Assembly (NCBI GenBank): GCA_018396535.1
Contig: JAGTQC010000001.1
Coordinates: 192,001 to 256,000, forward strand
Source: Candidatus Bathyarchaeota archaeon
GTDB taxonomy: Archaea > Thermoproteota > CALKCG01 > B24 > DRYS01
Direction: 5' to 3'
DNA: 64,000 bases
Part shown: positions 1 to 9,475 of the stretch, piece after piece
Numbering within the stretch: position 1 is the stretch's first letter
Layout of the letters: each line of letters starts with the position of its first letter
The notes under the pieces: model-generated
What the model saw: only the letters and a program-made list of their open reading frames with translations
Told to the model about the DNA's origin: nothing
Database searches by the model: none
Translations under genes and position numbers: made by a program

Positions 1-100
1 TTTTAATAGTAATCTTCTTAATTTATATAAGCTCCTTTTCTAATATTACCTTTAATAAAATATTTATATGTGAAGGTTATATTTTTAGAGTGTTGGAGGG

Positions 101-3100
101 TTGGGGATGAAAAAACAATGTATAGGATTAGCGTATCTCGTCTTTACGATTATACTATCTCTACTAGTGTTAACTTCTTCGGTTCTAGGAATTTATGCAT
201 CACAATCTCCGTGGCCTACGATATGGATCCAAATAGATTGGGATAAGAATGAGGATGGAGCACAGGATGATTGGCGAGATGTGAAATACGCATACTATAA
301 TTTTGATAGTAGTTACCTGTATCTAAGGCTTGAATGTTATGATCAGCCTGGTAAGGATTGGCCGCAGAAAAAGGGGGCTCGCTATAAGTGGTTCATAGAT
401 TTTGATGGAAACCTCTATGTAAGTGGAGGGAATGTTATAGATGCTGAGTATCTACTCTTCGTCGAAGATACAGACGATGATGAGGTAGGGGAATTATACC
501 TATTATTCGATCAAGATGGTAATGGTGATTTTGATGAATACGAACCTTGGCCTCCAGCAAACTATAACGACTATAAGATAACAGATCCAACTATTGGAGG
601 ATGGAGGATAATCGGTAACTACATAGACATGTATGTAAGTTGGAATAGCCTCGGAAACCCATCCTCGTATGGATTATTCTTTGCTACAGATCAAGAAAAC
701 CCTAATCTCAACCAAGCCCCCACAACCGATACTAGGGATGAGGAGACGCTCATCATTATACGTGATGTAATTGCACTAAGTCAATCTGTAAACGCAACAG
801 AAGTGGTACAGGGAGATATCGTGAATATAACAATCATCGTTAGTAATCGAGGTATGCAGAGCGAAAGCTTCGATGTAACATGCTACTTCTATCCTACAAT
901 CATAGGAATTGAACGCGTAGAGAATCTTCCGATAGGGAGTAATAAAACGTTAATATTCCTCTGGAATACATCCATCGTCGAGCCGGGAACCTATGAAATA
1001 AGAGCTTTTGCAGATTCATCTGGGGAAATCTTAGAGATGGATGAAGGGAATAATTGGTGTACAGCCGAAGCTACAGTAACTGTTAAGGTTCATGATATAT
1101 CTGCGTTACGTCAATCTGTGAACGCGACGATCGTAACACAGGGAGAGGCAGTGGAGGTAGAGGTAGTTGTTAAAAATCTTGGAGACTTCACGGAAAGCTT
1201 CAATGTAGTATGCTACTACGATGATATACAGATAGGATCACCAATAAGAGTAGTGGATCTAGAACCTGGAGAGGAGAGGACGGTAAGATTTATCTGGGAT
1301 ACATCTGGTGTTGATCCTGGAGTCTACTTCATAAAAGCTTTCGCCGATAGTAGTAGAGAGATAACAGAGTATAATGAGGATAACAATAACTGTACCTCTA
1401 CCGAATACGTAGCGATAGTAGCGCCGCCAGGGGTATTGGATGTAGATAAGGTTTTAAGCCGTGTAGTTTATGGACCATCACCAGCGGTAGTGGGTAAAGA
1501 GACTACCTACGAAATACTCATTACAGTAGCTAATACTGGAGGAAGTCCTATAGAGAATGTTAATGTTACTGATACCATCAATGAAGGGGAAATTTCTAGT
1601 GTAGAAACGCCAAGCTTAGGAGAGATAACATCATGGAATAGTACAACTATAGTCTGGTATGTAGGCGATTTAGGTGTAGGGCAATCGGCAAATTTAACGT
1701 TCACTATACGATTTAAACCTAGTGAGAGCGGTATCCATGTACTAAACTATGGAGATAAACTCGTTGCCGAAGGGGAGGGTGTTTCGGATACCGGTGATCG
1801 AGATATAACTGTTACCGCTGTTATACGTGATGTAGCTGCTATTAGTCAAACACCCTTGAAATACGTCGTTATAAAGGGGGAGCTTATAGGTGTAGATGTA
1901 GTTGTTAAAAATCTCGGTGATTACTATAATGAGACGTTCGATGTAGTATGCTACTACAATGATACGCCTATACAACCCATAAGCTTAGTGAGGGTACTGG
2001 ATCTAGAACCTGGAGAGGAGAGGACGGTAAGATTTATCTGGGATACATCTGGTGTTGATCCTGGAGTCTACTTCATAAAAGCTTTCGCCGATAGTAGTAG
2101 AGAGATAACAGAGTATAATGAGGATAACAATAACTGTACCTCTACCGAATACGTAGAGATAATCGTTCACGATATAGCAGCAGTAAGCCAGATCCCATAC
2201 CCGACAAGGGTTGTTCAAGGTGAGAGCGTAACTATAGAGGTTACTATAAGAAATGAAGGTACTGAGTATGAGAGCTTTACTTTGAAATGCTACTATTATA
2301 ACGAGACTGCAGAGATACCGATGGAGTTGGGAGAGAGAAGTGTTAGTCTAGATCCAGGTTCCGAGAAGATCGAATACTTCATATGGGATACTACAGGTAT
2401 CCCACCTGCAATATACTATATAGAAGCTCGTGCAATACCGGTTGAAGGTGAATTGGATACGGATGATAATACGTGTATGAGCCAGGTAAACGTTACGATT
2501 ACGGTTGCTAGTATTAGCGGTTATAAATGGAACGATATCGATGGAGATGGTGAATGGGATGTAGCTGAGCCACCTCTCCAAAACTGGAATATAACGCTCT
2601 ACAAGCTTATCGATTCCTCATGGGTATACCAGACATCAGTCCTTACAGATGAAGATGGCTATTACGAATTTACAGATCTAGCAGCCGGAACTTATAGAGT
2701 CTGCGAAGTTCTCGAAGATGGCTGGATATGTACTTATCCACCTGATGGCTACTACGAGTTTACAGTAACCGTTGAGTTCGACGGCACTGATAAAAACTTT
2801 GGTAATTTTAAGAAGGCGACTATTATCGTCTGGAAGTATGAGGATGAAGATGGTAATCCTGATACTACAGATGATTGGATTCCGATAGACTGGACTATTA
2901 CCCTATTCAACGATACATATCCTTCAGGACAAAGCTTCTCTCTTGATTCTGACGGTATGATAATCTTCGATGGACAGGGCCCTGGTGTCGTAGCTATAAT
3001 GGAACACGATATTCCTGGCTGGATTCATATGAATTCTACGAATACATGGACTCAGAGTATGGAGAGTGGCGGAACATACATTATCAGATTCGTTAATACA

Positions 3101-3526
3101 CGTGTACGTGGATATATAATCGTTCGTAAATTAACTGTTAGTGGTGATCAGAGCTTCGAATTTACCACTAGCTATAGTACTAACTTCTTCTTAAGTAACG
3201 GTCAGGAGAACGTCAGTCAACCTCTAATCCCTGGTAACTACGTTGTAACGGAGTTGCCTGTCGATGGATGGAGCTTAACTAGTATAGATATAAGCGATCC
3301 TGATGGTGGTTCATCATATGATCTAGCTACGGGTACGGCTATCGTAGACTTGGATGCAGGTGAAACTATCTACGTAACGTTTACTAACACTAAGTACATA
3401 CCGCCACCTGTCGGTGGGATAATAGTTATTCAAACTCCATTACAGATACTCCTAACTATGGTAGCAACTGTAGTAGCTATCGTTATGGTTAGTATAATAG
3501 TGTTGAAGAAGCTTAGAATTGGGTAG
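101..3526 (+). CDS. Large cell-surface protein/adhesin: signal peptide, N-terminal beta-rich domain, 4 CARDB-like Ig repeats, DUF11-like domain, 3 SdrD-B/CnaB-like domains, C-terminal PPPVGG motif + TM + basic tail
   Basis: Hydrophobic N-terminus; repeated DV/IxAxxQ...V.N.G...E.F.V.CYY...WDT...PG.Y.I.A.AD...E.NN CARDB pattern; ISGYKWNDIDGDGEWD and NFGN SdrD-B pattern; C-terminal TM followed by KKLR. Start may be the ATG at 107. Confidence 0.8.
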   Translation: MGMKKQCIGLAYLVFTIILSLLVLTSSVLGIYASQSPWPTIWIQIDWDKNEDGAQDDWRDVKYAYYNFDSSYLYLRLECYDQPGKDWPQKKGARYKWFIDFDGNLYVSGGNVIDAEYLLFVEDTDDDEVGELYLLFDQDGNGDFDEYEPWPPANYNDYKITDPTIGGWRIIGNYIDMYVSWNSLGNPSSYGLFFATDQENPNLNQAPTTDTRDEETLIIIRDVIALSQSVNATEVVQGDIVNITIIVSNRGMQSESFDVTCYFYPTIIGIERVENLPIGSNKTLIFLWNTSIVEPGTYEIRAFADSSGEILEMDEGNNWCTAEATVTVKVHDISALRQSVNATIVTQGEAVEVEVVVKNLGDFTESFNVVCYYDDIQIGSPIRVVDLEPGEERTVRFIWDTSGVDPGVYFIKAFADSSREITEYNEDNNNCTSTEYVAIVAPPGVLDVDKVLSRVVYGPSPAVVGKETTYEILITVANTGGSPIENVNVTDTINEGEISSVETPSLGEITSWNSTTIVWYVGDLGVGQSANLTFTIRFKPSESGIHVLNYGDKLVAEGEGVSDTGDRDITVTAVIRDVAAISQTPLKYVVIKGELIGVDVVVKNLGDYYNETFDVVCYYNDTPIQPISLVRVLDLEPGEERTVRFIWDTSGVDPGVYFIKAFADSSREITEYNEDNNNCTSTEYVEIIVHDIAAVSQIPYPTRVVQGESVTIEVTIRNEGTEYESFTLKCYYYNETAEIPMELGERSVSLDPGSEKIEYFIWDTTGIPPAIYYIEARAIPVEGELDTDDNTCMSQVNVTITVASISGYKWNDIDGDGEWDVAEPPLQNWNITLYKLIDSSWVYQTSVLTDEDGYYEFTDLAAGTYRVCEVLEDGWICTYPPDGYYEFTVTVEFDGTDKNFGNFKKATIIVWKYEDEDGNPDTTDDWIPIDWTITLFNDTYPSGQSFSLDSDGMIIFDGQGPGVVAIMEHDIPGWIHMNSTNTWTQSMESGGTYIIRFVNTRVRGYIIVRKLTVSGDQSFEFTTSYSTNFFLSNGQENVSQPLIPGNYVVTELPVDGWSLTSIDISDPDGGSSYDLATGTAIVDLDAGETIYVTFTNTKYIPPPVGGIIVIQTPLQILLTMVATVVAIVMVSIIVLKKLRIG
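1254..1412 (+). repeat. 159-bp exact direct repeat, copy 1 (within CARDB repeat 2)
   Basis: tggatctagaacc...ccgaatacgtag is identical to 1998-2156 (offset 744 bp, in frame). Confidence 0.95.
1998..2156 (+). repeat. 159-bp exact direct repeat, copy 2 (within CARDB repeat 3)
   Basis: Identical to 1254-1412. Confidence 0.95.
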
Positions 3527-3575
3527 GCTTAGATAAACTCCATCCAGTAATATATCACGAATTTTTTCTTCTACT

Positions 3576-4385
3576 CTATATCTCAGGGTTGGTTAGGTAT
3601 ACTAGCTTCGACCTCCATATAGGATCTGGCCCCATATCATTCATGATTTTTTGGACAGCTTCGCTATAACTTAGCTTCTCAGTATAGACTAATCTGAGTA
3701 GTGTCGATGTAACTTTATCTGTGTATTCTAGGCTTACGTAGCCATCCCAAGCTATGATCGCTTTCACACCTCTATCGAAGAATCTCCTTATACTGTTATC
3801 AGAGCTCGTACCGTTACACCCCATCAATATTATGACTGTATCCTTAAGCCCATCATAATCTCCGAGTAGGTCAGCACGTATCGCGAAATATGGTCCCTCA
3901 CTCATATCGAATGTATAGGCTTCTCTATACTCGCCGTAGAGCTGCTCGTAGATATACTGTTCTGGGTTGTAAGCTTCAGCGCTGAAAAGGTATAGATCTC
4001 CATATACAGCATCGACTGCGCTATGTACCCTCAATACTATTAGTTTATAGCCTTTCATGTTATCGAGAAGCTTCATAGTAACTTGTCTTCCGATATAGAT
4101 TTCGACATCGAAGCCTGCTTGAGATAGCGTTTCATATACTACCCTTAGGAAGGATAGGTTGGGTTTCGTAAGACCGATCCCATCGATAATGATAGCTTTC
4201 GGGATGTTTACTCCGCCCGTATACTTTGATGGATCGCTGCGAACGCTAAGGATAGAGAGATGGTAGGCTAGGATGACTGCTAGTATCGTGAATATAGCTG
4301 CTGTAATAATCCTTCTTCGAGCGATACGCCTATACTCGCTTAAACTCTCTTCAGCTTTCAAATACCTCTTTCTTCGAATATTCAT
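3576..4385 (-). CDS. Hypothetical membrane-anchored protein (N-terminal TM, alpha/beta extracellular domain)
   Basis: 269-aa ORF, basic N-terminus then one TM helix; no family recognised with confidence. Confidence 0.65.
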   Translation of the reverse strand: MNIRRKRYLKAEESLSEYRRIARRRIITAAIFTILAVILAYHLSILSVRSDPSKYTGGVNIPKAIIIDGIGLTKPNLSFLRVVYETLSQAGFDVEIYIGRQVTMKLLDNMKGYKLIVLRVHSAVDAVYGDLYLFSAEAYNPEQYIYEQLYGEYREAYTFDMSEGPYFAIRADLLGDYDGLKDTVIILMGCNGTSSDNSIRRFFDRGVKAIIAWDGYVSLEYTDKVTSTLLRLVYTEKLSYSEAVQKIMNDMGPDPIWRSKLVYLTNPEI

Positions 4386-4573
4386 CAGATCTACCTAAAA
4401 TATTTTGATCTTCAATCTAATCCGCTCCTATATGGTCTATATGTTGTATGCATAGATTGTTCAAGACCATCTCTAATGCATGGCCTCCCGGTTCGATAGT
4501 GGAGCTTACCCTATCTACTAGATCTAGGTTTAAGTACCCTATCGATGCAATCTAGTGTAATCGGTGTCGAAGC

Positions 4574-5365
4574 TTGATTAGACCAGTTATATTTAGAAAT
4601 GAAGGACAGTGTTTAGTAGGTATACTCCATATACCTGATGGACTAGCTTCCAGAGGGGGGAGGGCGCCTGGGATAGTTATGTTCCACGGATTTACGGGTA
4701 ATAAAGTTGAGGCGCATAGACTTTTCATCCATGTAGCTAGGAGACTATGTGATTCCGGGTTTATAGTTCTCCGATTCGATTTCAGAGGTTCAGGCGATAG
4801 TGATGGAGAGTTTGAGGATATGACCATCCCTGGAGAAGTAAGTGATGCTAGGAGAGCTTTAACGCTACTTATGAGGCAGAGGTATGTGGATAAATCTAGA
4901 GTTGGGGTTTTAGGTTTGAGTATGGGTGGTAGAGTTGCTGCGATCTTAGCATCTATGGATAGGAGGATAGGGTTTGTAGTATTATACTCTCCTGCTCTAG
5001 GCCCGTTGAGGGGGAGGATGTTATCCTGGATGCCTAGGGAGTATATGGATATATTGGATCTAGGTGGTGCAGTAGAAGTATCGTCAGGCTGGTATTTGAA
5101 GAAGAGGTTTTTCGAAACTGTAGATTATATAGTTCCATCGGATGTTATGAAAGATATCAGAGCCCCGATCCTTATAGTGCATGGTGATAAGGATCAAGTT
5201 ATACCTCTAGATGAGGTTAAGAGATGTTTCGATTTAGTTAAGGATCTAGATGATAGGAATGAGCTATACATAGTAAGCGGCGGCGATCATACATTCTCGA
5301 AGAGAGAACATACAAAGGAGGTTATAGATAAAACATTAGAATGGCTTAGTAGGGCTGTATATTAG
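4574..5365 (+). CDS. Alpha/beta-fold hydrolase (esterase/peptidase)
   Basis: HGFTG oxyanion motif, RFDFRGSGDS, GLSMGG nucleophile elbow, HGDKD, GGDH triad. Confidence 0.9.
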   Translation: MIRPVIFRNEGQCLVGILHIPDGLASRGGRAPGIVMFHGFTGNKVEAHRLFIHVARRLCDSGFIVLRFDFRGSGDSDGEFEDMTIPGEVSDARRALTLLMRQRYVDKSRVGVLGLSMGGRVAAILASMDRRIGFVVLYSPALGPLRGRMLSWMPREYMDILDLGGAVEVSSGWYLKKRFFETVDYIVPSDVMKDIRAPILIVHGDKDQVIPLDEVKRCFDLVKDLDDRNELYIVSGGDHTFSKREHTKEVIDKTLEWLSRAVY

Positions 5366-5437
5366 TATGGCATCTATCCTAACCTAATCTTACGCTACCC
5401 ATTAAGGTTTCTAAGACTGAGATCTTTTACCGTATCT

Positions 5438-5875
5438 TTAGGATTTAGCAAGTTCTTCTATACTTACACCTAACTCCCTAGCCTTCTTGAGGAGTTCTGA
5501 CAGCATAGTTTTTAATTGCTCTACCTCCTTCAACTTAGTTTCTTCGAGAAAGTATGTTTTGAATGTTTCGACTGGCTTAAGTTCTAAGACTTCTACTGTA
5601 GCAGATATAGGTTTGAATAACCCCTTAGGATCTGCTTCATACTCCAGGACTATTCTAGTAGGCTTATCTGCAGCATTCCTTTTATTTATCTCCTCGATCA
5701 GCCTCCTAGATATATCTAGCCACGCCTTCCTATTAGATTCCTTAACCTCCTTATCTGAGATATTACTGTAGAATGTAGCGTAGAACCATCTCTTCATTCT
5801 GAATATAGCACCCCTACCAGATGGGGATATCCTGAACCTCTGCTGCTGAACTTTACTCATAGACAATCCCATCAC
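5438..5875 (-). CDS. Hypothetical archaeal protein with C-terminal coiled coil; possibly distantly ThermoDBP/DUF2258-like
   Basis: 145-aa charged ORF; helix/RIVLEYE/strand layout reminiscent of DUF2258; function uncertain. Confidence 0.6.
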   Translation of the reverse strand: MMGLSMSKVQQQRFRISPSGRGAIFRMKRWFYATFYSNISDKEVKESNRKAWLDISRRLIEEINKRNAADKPTRIVLEYEADPKGLFKPISATVEVLELKPVETFKTYFLEETKLKEVEQLKTMLSELLKKARELGVSIEELAKS

Positions 5876-6052
5876 CTCGAAATATATAATATCCTATTTC
5901 GATTATATATTAGAGGGAGGATATATACTTTATACTATCGGAGTATAGAATATGGTAATACAATTATATTCTTGAATACTGTAGTCGACGCTAGATGTTT
6001 AGAAAGCGAATACTTACTAGGAAGACGTATATATTAGATGCTTATCTGAAAG

Positions 6053-7303
6053 GTGTTTATGATGGCTAAGCTTGCTTTAAACGGAGGGAGACCTGTAAGG
6101 GAGAAGCCGTTCCCTAGATGGCCTATCTACGATGATAGGGAGCTTAAAGCTTTAACGAATGTTCTCGAAAGCGGTTTATGGGGGATAGGGGGGAGGTTCA
6201 AGAAGGAGTTCGAGGAGAAGTTCGCTGCATACCAGCATGCAAAGTATGGCGTAGCTGTAACAAGCGGGACGGCTGCTTTAGAGATATCTCTTAGAGCTCT
6301 AGGTGTAGGATGTGGTGATGAAGTTGTAGTTACACCCTACACGTTTATGGCTACCGTTATGGCTATCCTTCACGTTAACGCTATACCTGTATTTGCAGAT
6401 ATAGATCCGGAAACCTATACGATCGATCCTAGGAGTATAGAATCTGTGATATCTGAGAGGACTAAGGCTATAATACCAGTTCATATAGGTGGGAGGCCGG
6501 CTGATATGGATTCTATTACATCGATAGCTAAGAGGTATGATCTGTATATCGTCGAGGATGCATGCCAGGCATGGGGGTCTGAGTGGAGGGGGCGTAGGGT
6601 TGGGGCTATAGGTGATATGGGTGCGTTCAGCTTCCAATCTAGTAAGAACATTACCAGCGGGGAGGGGGGTATGATAGTAACTAACGATGAAGACTTGTAT
6701 ATTAAGGCGTGGTCTCTACATAACTGTGGTAGGCTCCCATATGGAGAACATTATGAGCATTACATGCCTGGATGGAACTATCGTATGACGGAGTTTCAAG
6801 CAGCTATACTTCTAATCCAGTTGGAGAGACTTGATGAGCATACTAGGAGGCGTATGGATAATGCATACTATTTAGATTCTAAGCTATCCAAGATTGATGG
6901 ATTGAAACCTTTGAAGAAGGATGATCGTATAACAAGGAATGCTTACCACCTATATATATTTAGATATGATCCAGAAGCTTTCGACGGTGTATCGAAGAAT
7001 GTATTCGCTAAAGCTCTGCAAGCTGAGGGGATACCTCTAAGTATCGGTTATTCCAAACCGTTGTATAGGGAGGAGTATCTAAGATACTTCGATAGATGTC
7101 CACTCTCATGCCCATACTATGGTAAACCTGTAGACTACTCTAATCTAAATCTACCAGCTGTCGAGAGGGCATGCTATCTAGAAGGGTTATGGCTACCACA
7201 ATACGTGCTGCTAGGATCTAGAGAGGATATGGATGATATAATAGCAGCTATAGAGAAGGTTAGAGAGAATATAGATGAGCTAGCTAGTGTAAAGGTATCA
7301 TAA
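6053..7303 (+). CDS. DegT/DnrJ/EryC1/StrS family PLP-dependent sugar aminotransferase
   Basis: SGTAAL, EDACQA, FSFQSSKNITSGEGG (PLP lysine), GWNYRMTEFQAA; start probably ATG at 6059 or 6062. Confidence 0.92.
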   Translation: MFMMAKLALNGGRPVREKPFPRWPIYDDRELKALTNVLESGLWGIGGRFKKEFEEKFAAYQHAKYGVAVTSGTAALEISLRALGVGCGDEVVVTPYTFMATVMAILHVNAIPVFADIDPETYTIDPRSIESVISERTKAIIPVHIGGRPADMDSITSIAKRYDLYIVEDACQAWGSEWRGRRVGAIGDMGAFSFQSSKNITSGEGGMIVTNDEDLYIKAWSLHNCGRLPYGEHYEHYMPGWNYRMTEFQAAILLIQLERLDEHTRRRMDNAYYLDSKLSKIDGLKPLKKDDRITRNAYHLYIFRYDPEAFDGVSKNVFAKALQAEGIPLSIGYSKPLYREEYLRYFDRCPLSCPYYGKPVDYSNLNLPAVERACYLEGLWLPQYVLLGSREDMDDIIAAIEKVRENIDELASVKVS

Positions 7304-7370
7304 CGATCTCCGTATAGTGTGTATACTATGCTTAATATCGTCTACGGTTAAGTATAATTTTGGATCCTAT

Positions 7371-8189
7371 ATGTCTCTTATACCCTACGAGGTATTGGAG
7401 AAGCTATCTTGGGATGAAGCATACGATGCTATAGTTGAAGTTAGACGTAGATCGATAGGAGATGTATTCAGAGAGGTTAAACGTGTTCTATGTATTCAAC
7501 CCCACCCTGATGATACGGATATAGCTGCTGGTGGTACTATAGCATGGATGAGGGATAACGGGGTTGAGGTATCCTATGTAACTATGACGGATGGATGTAT
7601 GGGTACCTCCGATCCTACGCTCTACCCTGAGAAGCTAGCGGAAGTTAGGAGGGGGGAGCAGGAGGAGGCTGCTAGAATACTAGGCGTAGATAAGCTTATC
7701 TGGCTAGATTATCGTGATAGCGAGTTTAGAGTCTGCTCTGAAGCTAGGAGTAGACTTATATCGATAATAAGAAGGTTTAAACCTGATATGGTGATAACAG
7801 TTGATCCATGGCTTCCATACGAGGCTCATCCAGATCATACAGCTACTGGTATACTTGCAGCTGAAGCATCCATGTTCTCTAGTCTTGTACACGTGAACCC
7901 GCAGGATCTTAGAGATGGTTTAACCCCTCATCGTGTGAGATTCATAGCCTTCTACTGGAGTAGAAAGCCTAATACGTTTATCGATGTAACTAGGTATGTA
8001 GAGGTTAAGTTTAAAGCGATCTCAGCTCATAGAAGCCAGTTTCCAGGTGAGAGTATAGATAGGTTTCTAGAAGTTATTAAAGCGTATATGAAGCTTATGG
8101 GTAAGAGGATAGGTGTAGATTATGCAGAGCCGTTCAAGGTTCTACCTATCGGAAGCCTACACTGCGATATATTCGCTGAAGATATCTAG
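7371..8189 (+). CDS. PIG-L/LmbE family deacetylase, similar to Thermococcales N,N'-diacetylchitobiose deacetylase (Dac)
   Basis: PHPDD, TDGCMGTSD, DPWLPYEAHPDH, HRSQF motifs; ORF track starts at 7317, but the ATG at 7371 is more likely. Confidence 0.88.
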   Translation: MSLIPYEVLEKLSWDEAYDAIVEVRRRSIGDVFREVKRVLCIQPHPDDTDIAAGGTIAWMRDNGVEVSYVTMTDGCMGTSDPTLYPEKLAEVRRGEQEEAARILGVDKLIWLDYRDSEFRVCSEARSRLISIIRRFKPDMVITVDPWLPYEAHPDHTATGILAAEASMFSSLVHVNPQDLRDGLTPHRVRFIAFYWSRKPNTFIDVTRYVEVKFKAISAHRSQFPGESIDRFLEVIKAYMKLMGKRIGVDYAEPFKVLPIGSLHCDIFAEDI

Positions 8190-9415
8190 GATGAATAGAG
8201 TTTTCTAAGGAAGTCTACTGATGCTTCTACAAGCTTCTCCCCGCTCCCCCTCTCTACTAGGCATACAGGTATGGATACTTCGTAGCCTCCTTCATCGTAT
8301 GCGTTAACCGTAGGTATGTATCCAAGCTCACTCGTAGAGCATCCGGCTATCATCGTATAGCGGAATGGGGACATCTTCTTAATCGATAAGCCTAATTCTA
8401 CGAATAATTCACCTGGTAATGCTACTATGCCTAGATCCCCTATCCTGAAACCTCGAATAGATACATCAGCTACCCCATGCGGGAATGATCTATCGATCAG
8501 CTGACGTATATGGAGTGTAAGCCTATCGATATCCCTAGATCCACCTGGAGTCGGTATAGGTCTAAGTTTAAGCTGGATCATTGTCGAAGCTACCGAGAAT
8601 TTAGCTTCATCTACCAAATCCGCCAGCTCCATAATCTTCACAGCTTCACATCCTATAGCTTTACCCATACGTATAGCATCATCGAAGCATCCCATACTTC
8701 TATCGTAGATCCTCTCTATATTCGTACCAGGAGTGTATGGATTTATATCACCGAAGGCTCCGTTTAGGAATAGGCAGATACCGCCTTCTAGAGATTCTAC
8801 AGTCCTAGATAGGTATCCTGGATATTCTCCTGTAATCAGTAGGTTATTCGATCCTAGAACGACGGCGTGGCATGTGAAGTTTACTATCGATGCAACTACA
8901 CGTCCATATTCATCCTCGGCTTTGAATACTATTAGTTCATCATCTACCGGGCCTGATCCAGGCTTCCTCCTATTTATAATCCATTTATCGAATCTACCTA
9001 CGCCGTAGCCGATCTTTACTCTACGTCTACGATTGTATGCTTCGATTATAGATGAGGATATCAGACCTGGTAGGAGTTCTAGATACTCATCTAGGAACCT
9101 GTATCTCTCTACTGAGTGGAATCCTATTACTGATGGTCCTGAATGGTTGTGGACGGCTGATAGGATTATAGAATCTCTAGGTATACCTATCTCGCTTTCC
9201 ACGGTCTCCTCTACTAAGGCTGCTATACTTCTAGTTACGTATAGTAGTTCTAGTGATGATAGAGCTACGAAGTTTTCTCCATCACCTAGAACTATACTCC
9301 TCGCGTATATATGATCGTGTATACCTATGGAGGGCATCCTCCTAGATAGATATCCATCCATAGGTACACCTATAGGAGGGGTTATCCTAACCTTAGATGC
9401 GCCTAACTCTACCAT
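8186..9415 (-). CDS. Neutral/alkaline ceramidase N-terminal-domain family amidohydrolase
   Basis: ITPP...GY..R, HNHSGP, NRR, NFTCH, NGAFGDINP, PGELF, GYIPT...GGYE. Confidence 0.85.
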   Translation of the reverse strand: MVELGASKVRITPPIGVPMDGYLSRRMPSIGIHDHIYARSIVLGDGENFVALSSLELLYVTRSIAALVEETVESEIGIPRDSIILSAVHNHSGPSVIGFHSVERYRFLDEYLELLPGLISSSIIEAYNRRRRVKIGYGVGRFDKWIINRRKPGSGPVDDELIVFKAEDEYGRVVASIVNFTCHAVVLGSNNLLITGEYPGYLSRTVESLEGGICLFLNGAFGDINPYTPGTNIERIYDRSMGCFDDAIRMGKAIGCEAVKIMELADLVDEAKFSVASTMIQLKLRPIPTPGGSRDIDRLTLHIRQLIDRSFPHGVADVSIRGFRIGDLGIVALPGELFVELGLSIKKMSPFRYTMIAGCSTSELGYIPTVNAYDEGGYEVSIPVCLVERGSGEKLVEASVDFLRKLYSS

Positions 9416-9475
9416 ACCATATCTAAATGAGGTTATTAACGCTTAAATCTCTATCGTATCGATCGTATCATAGGC

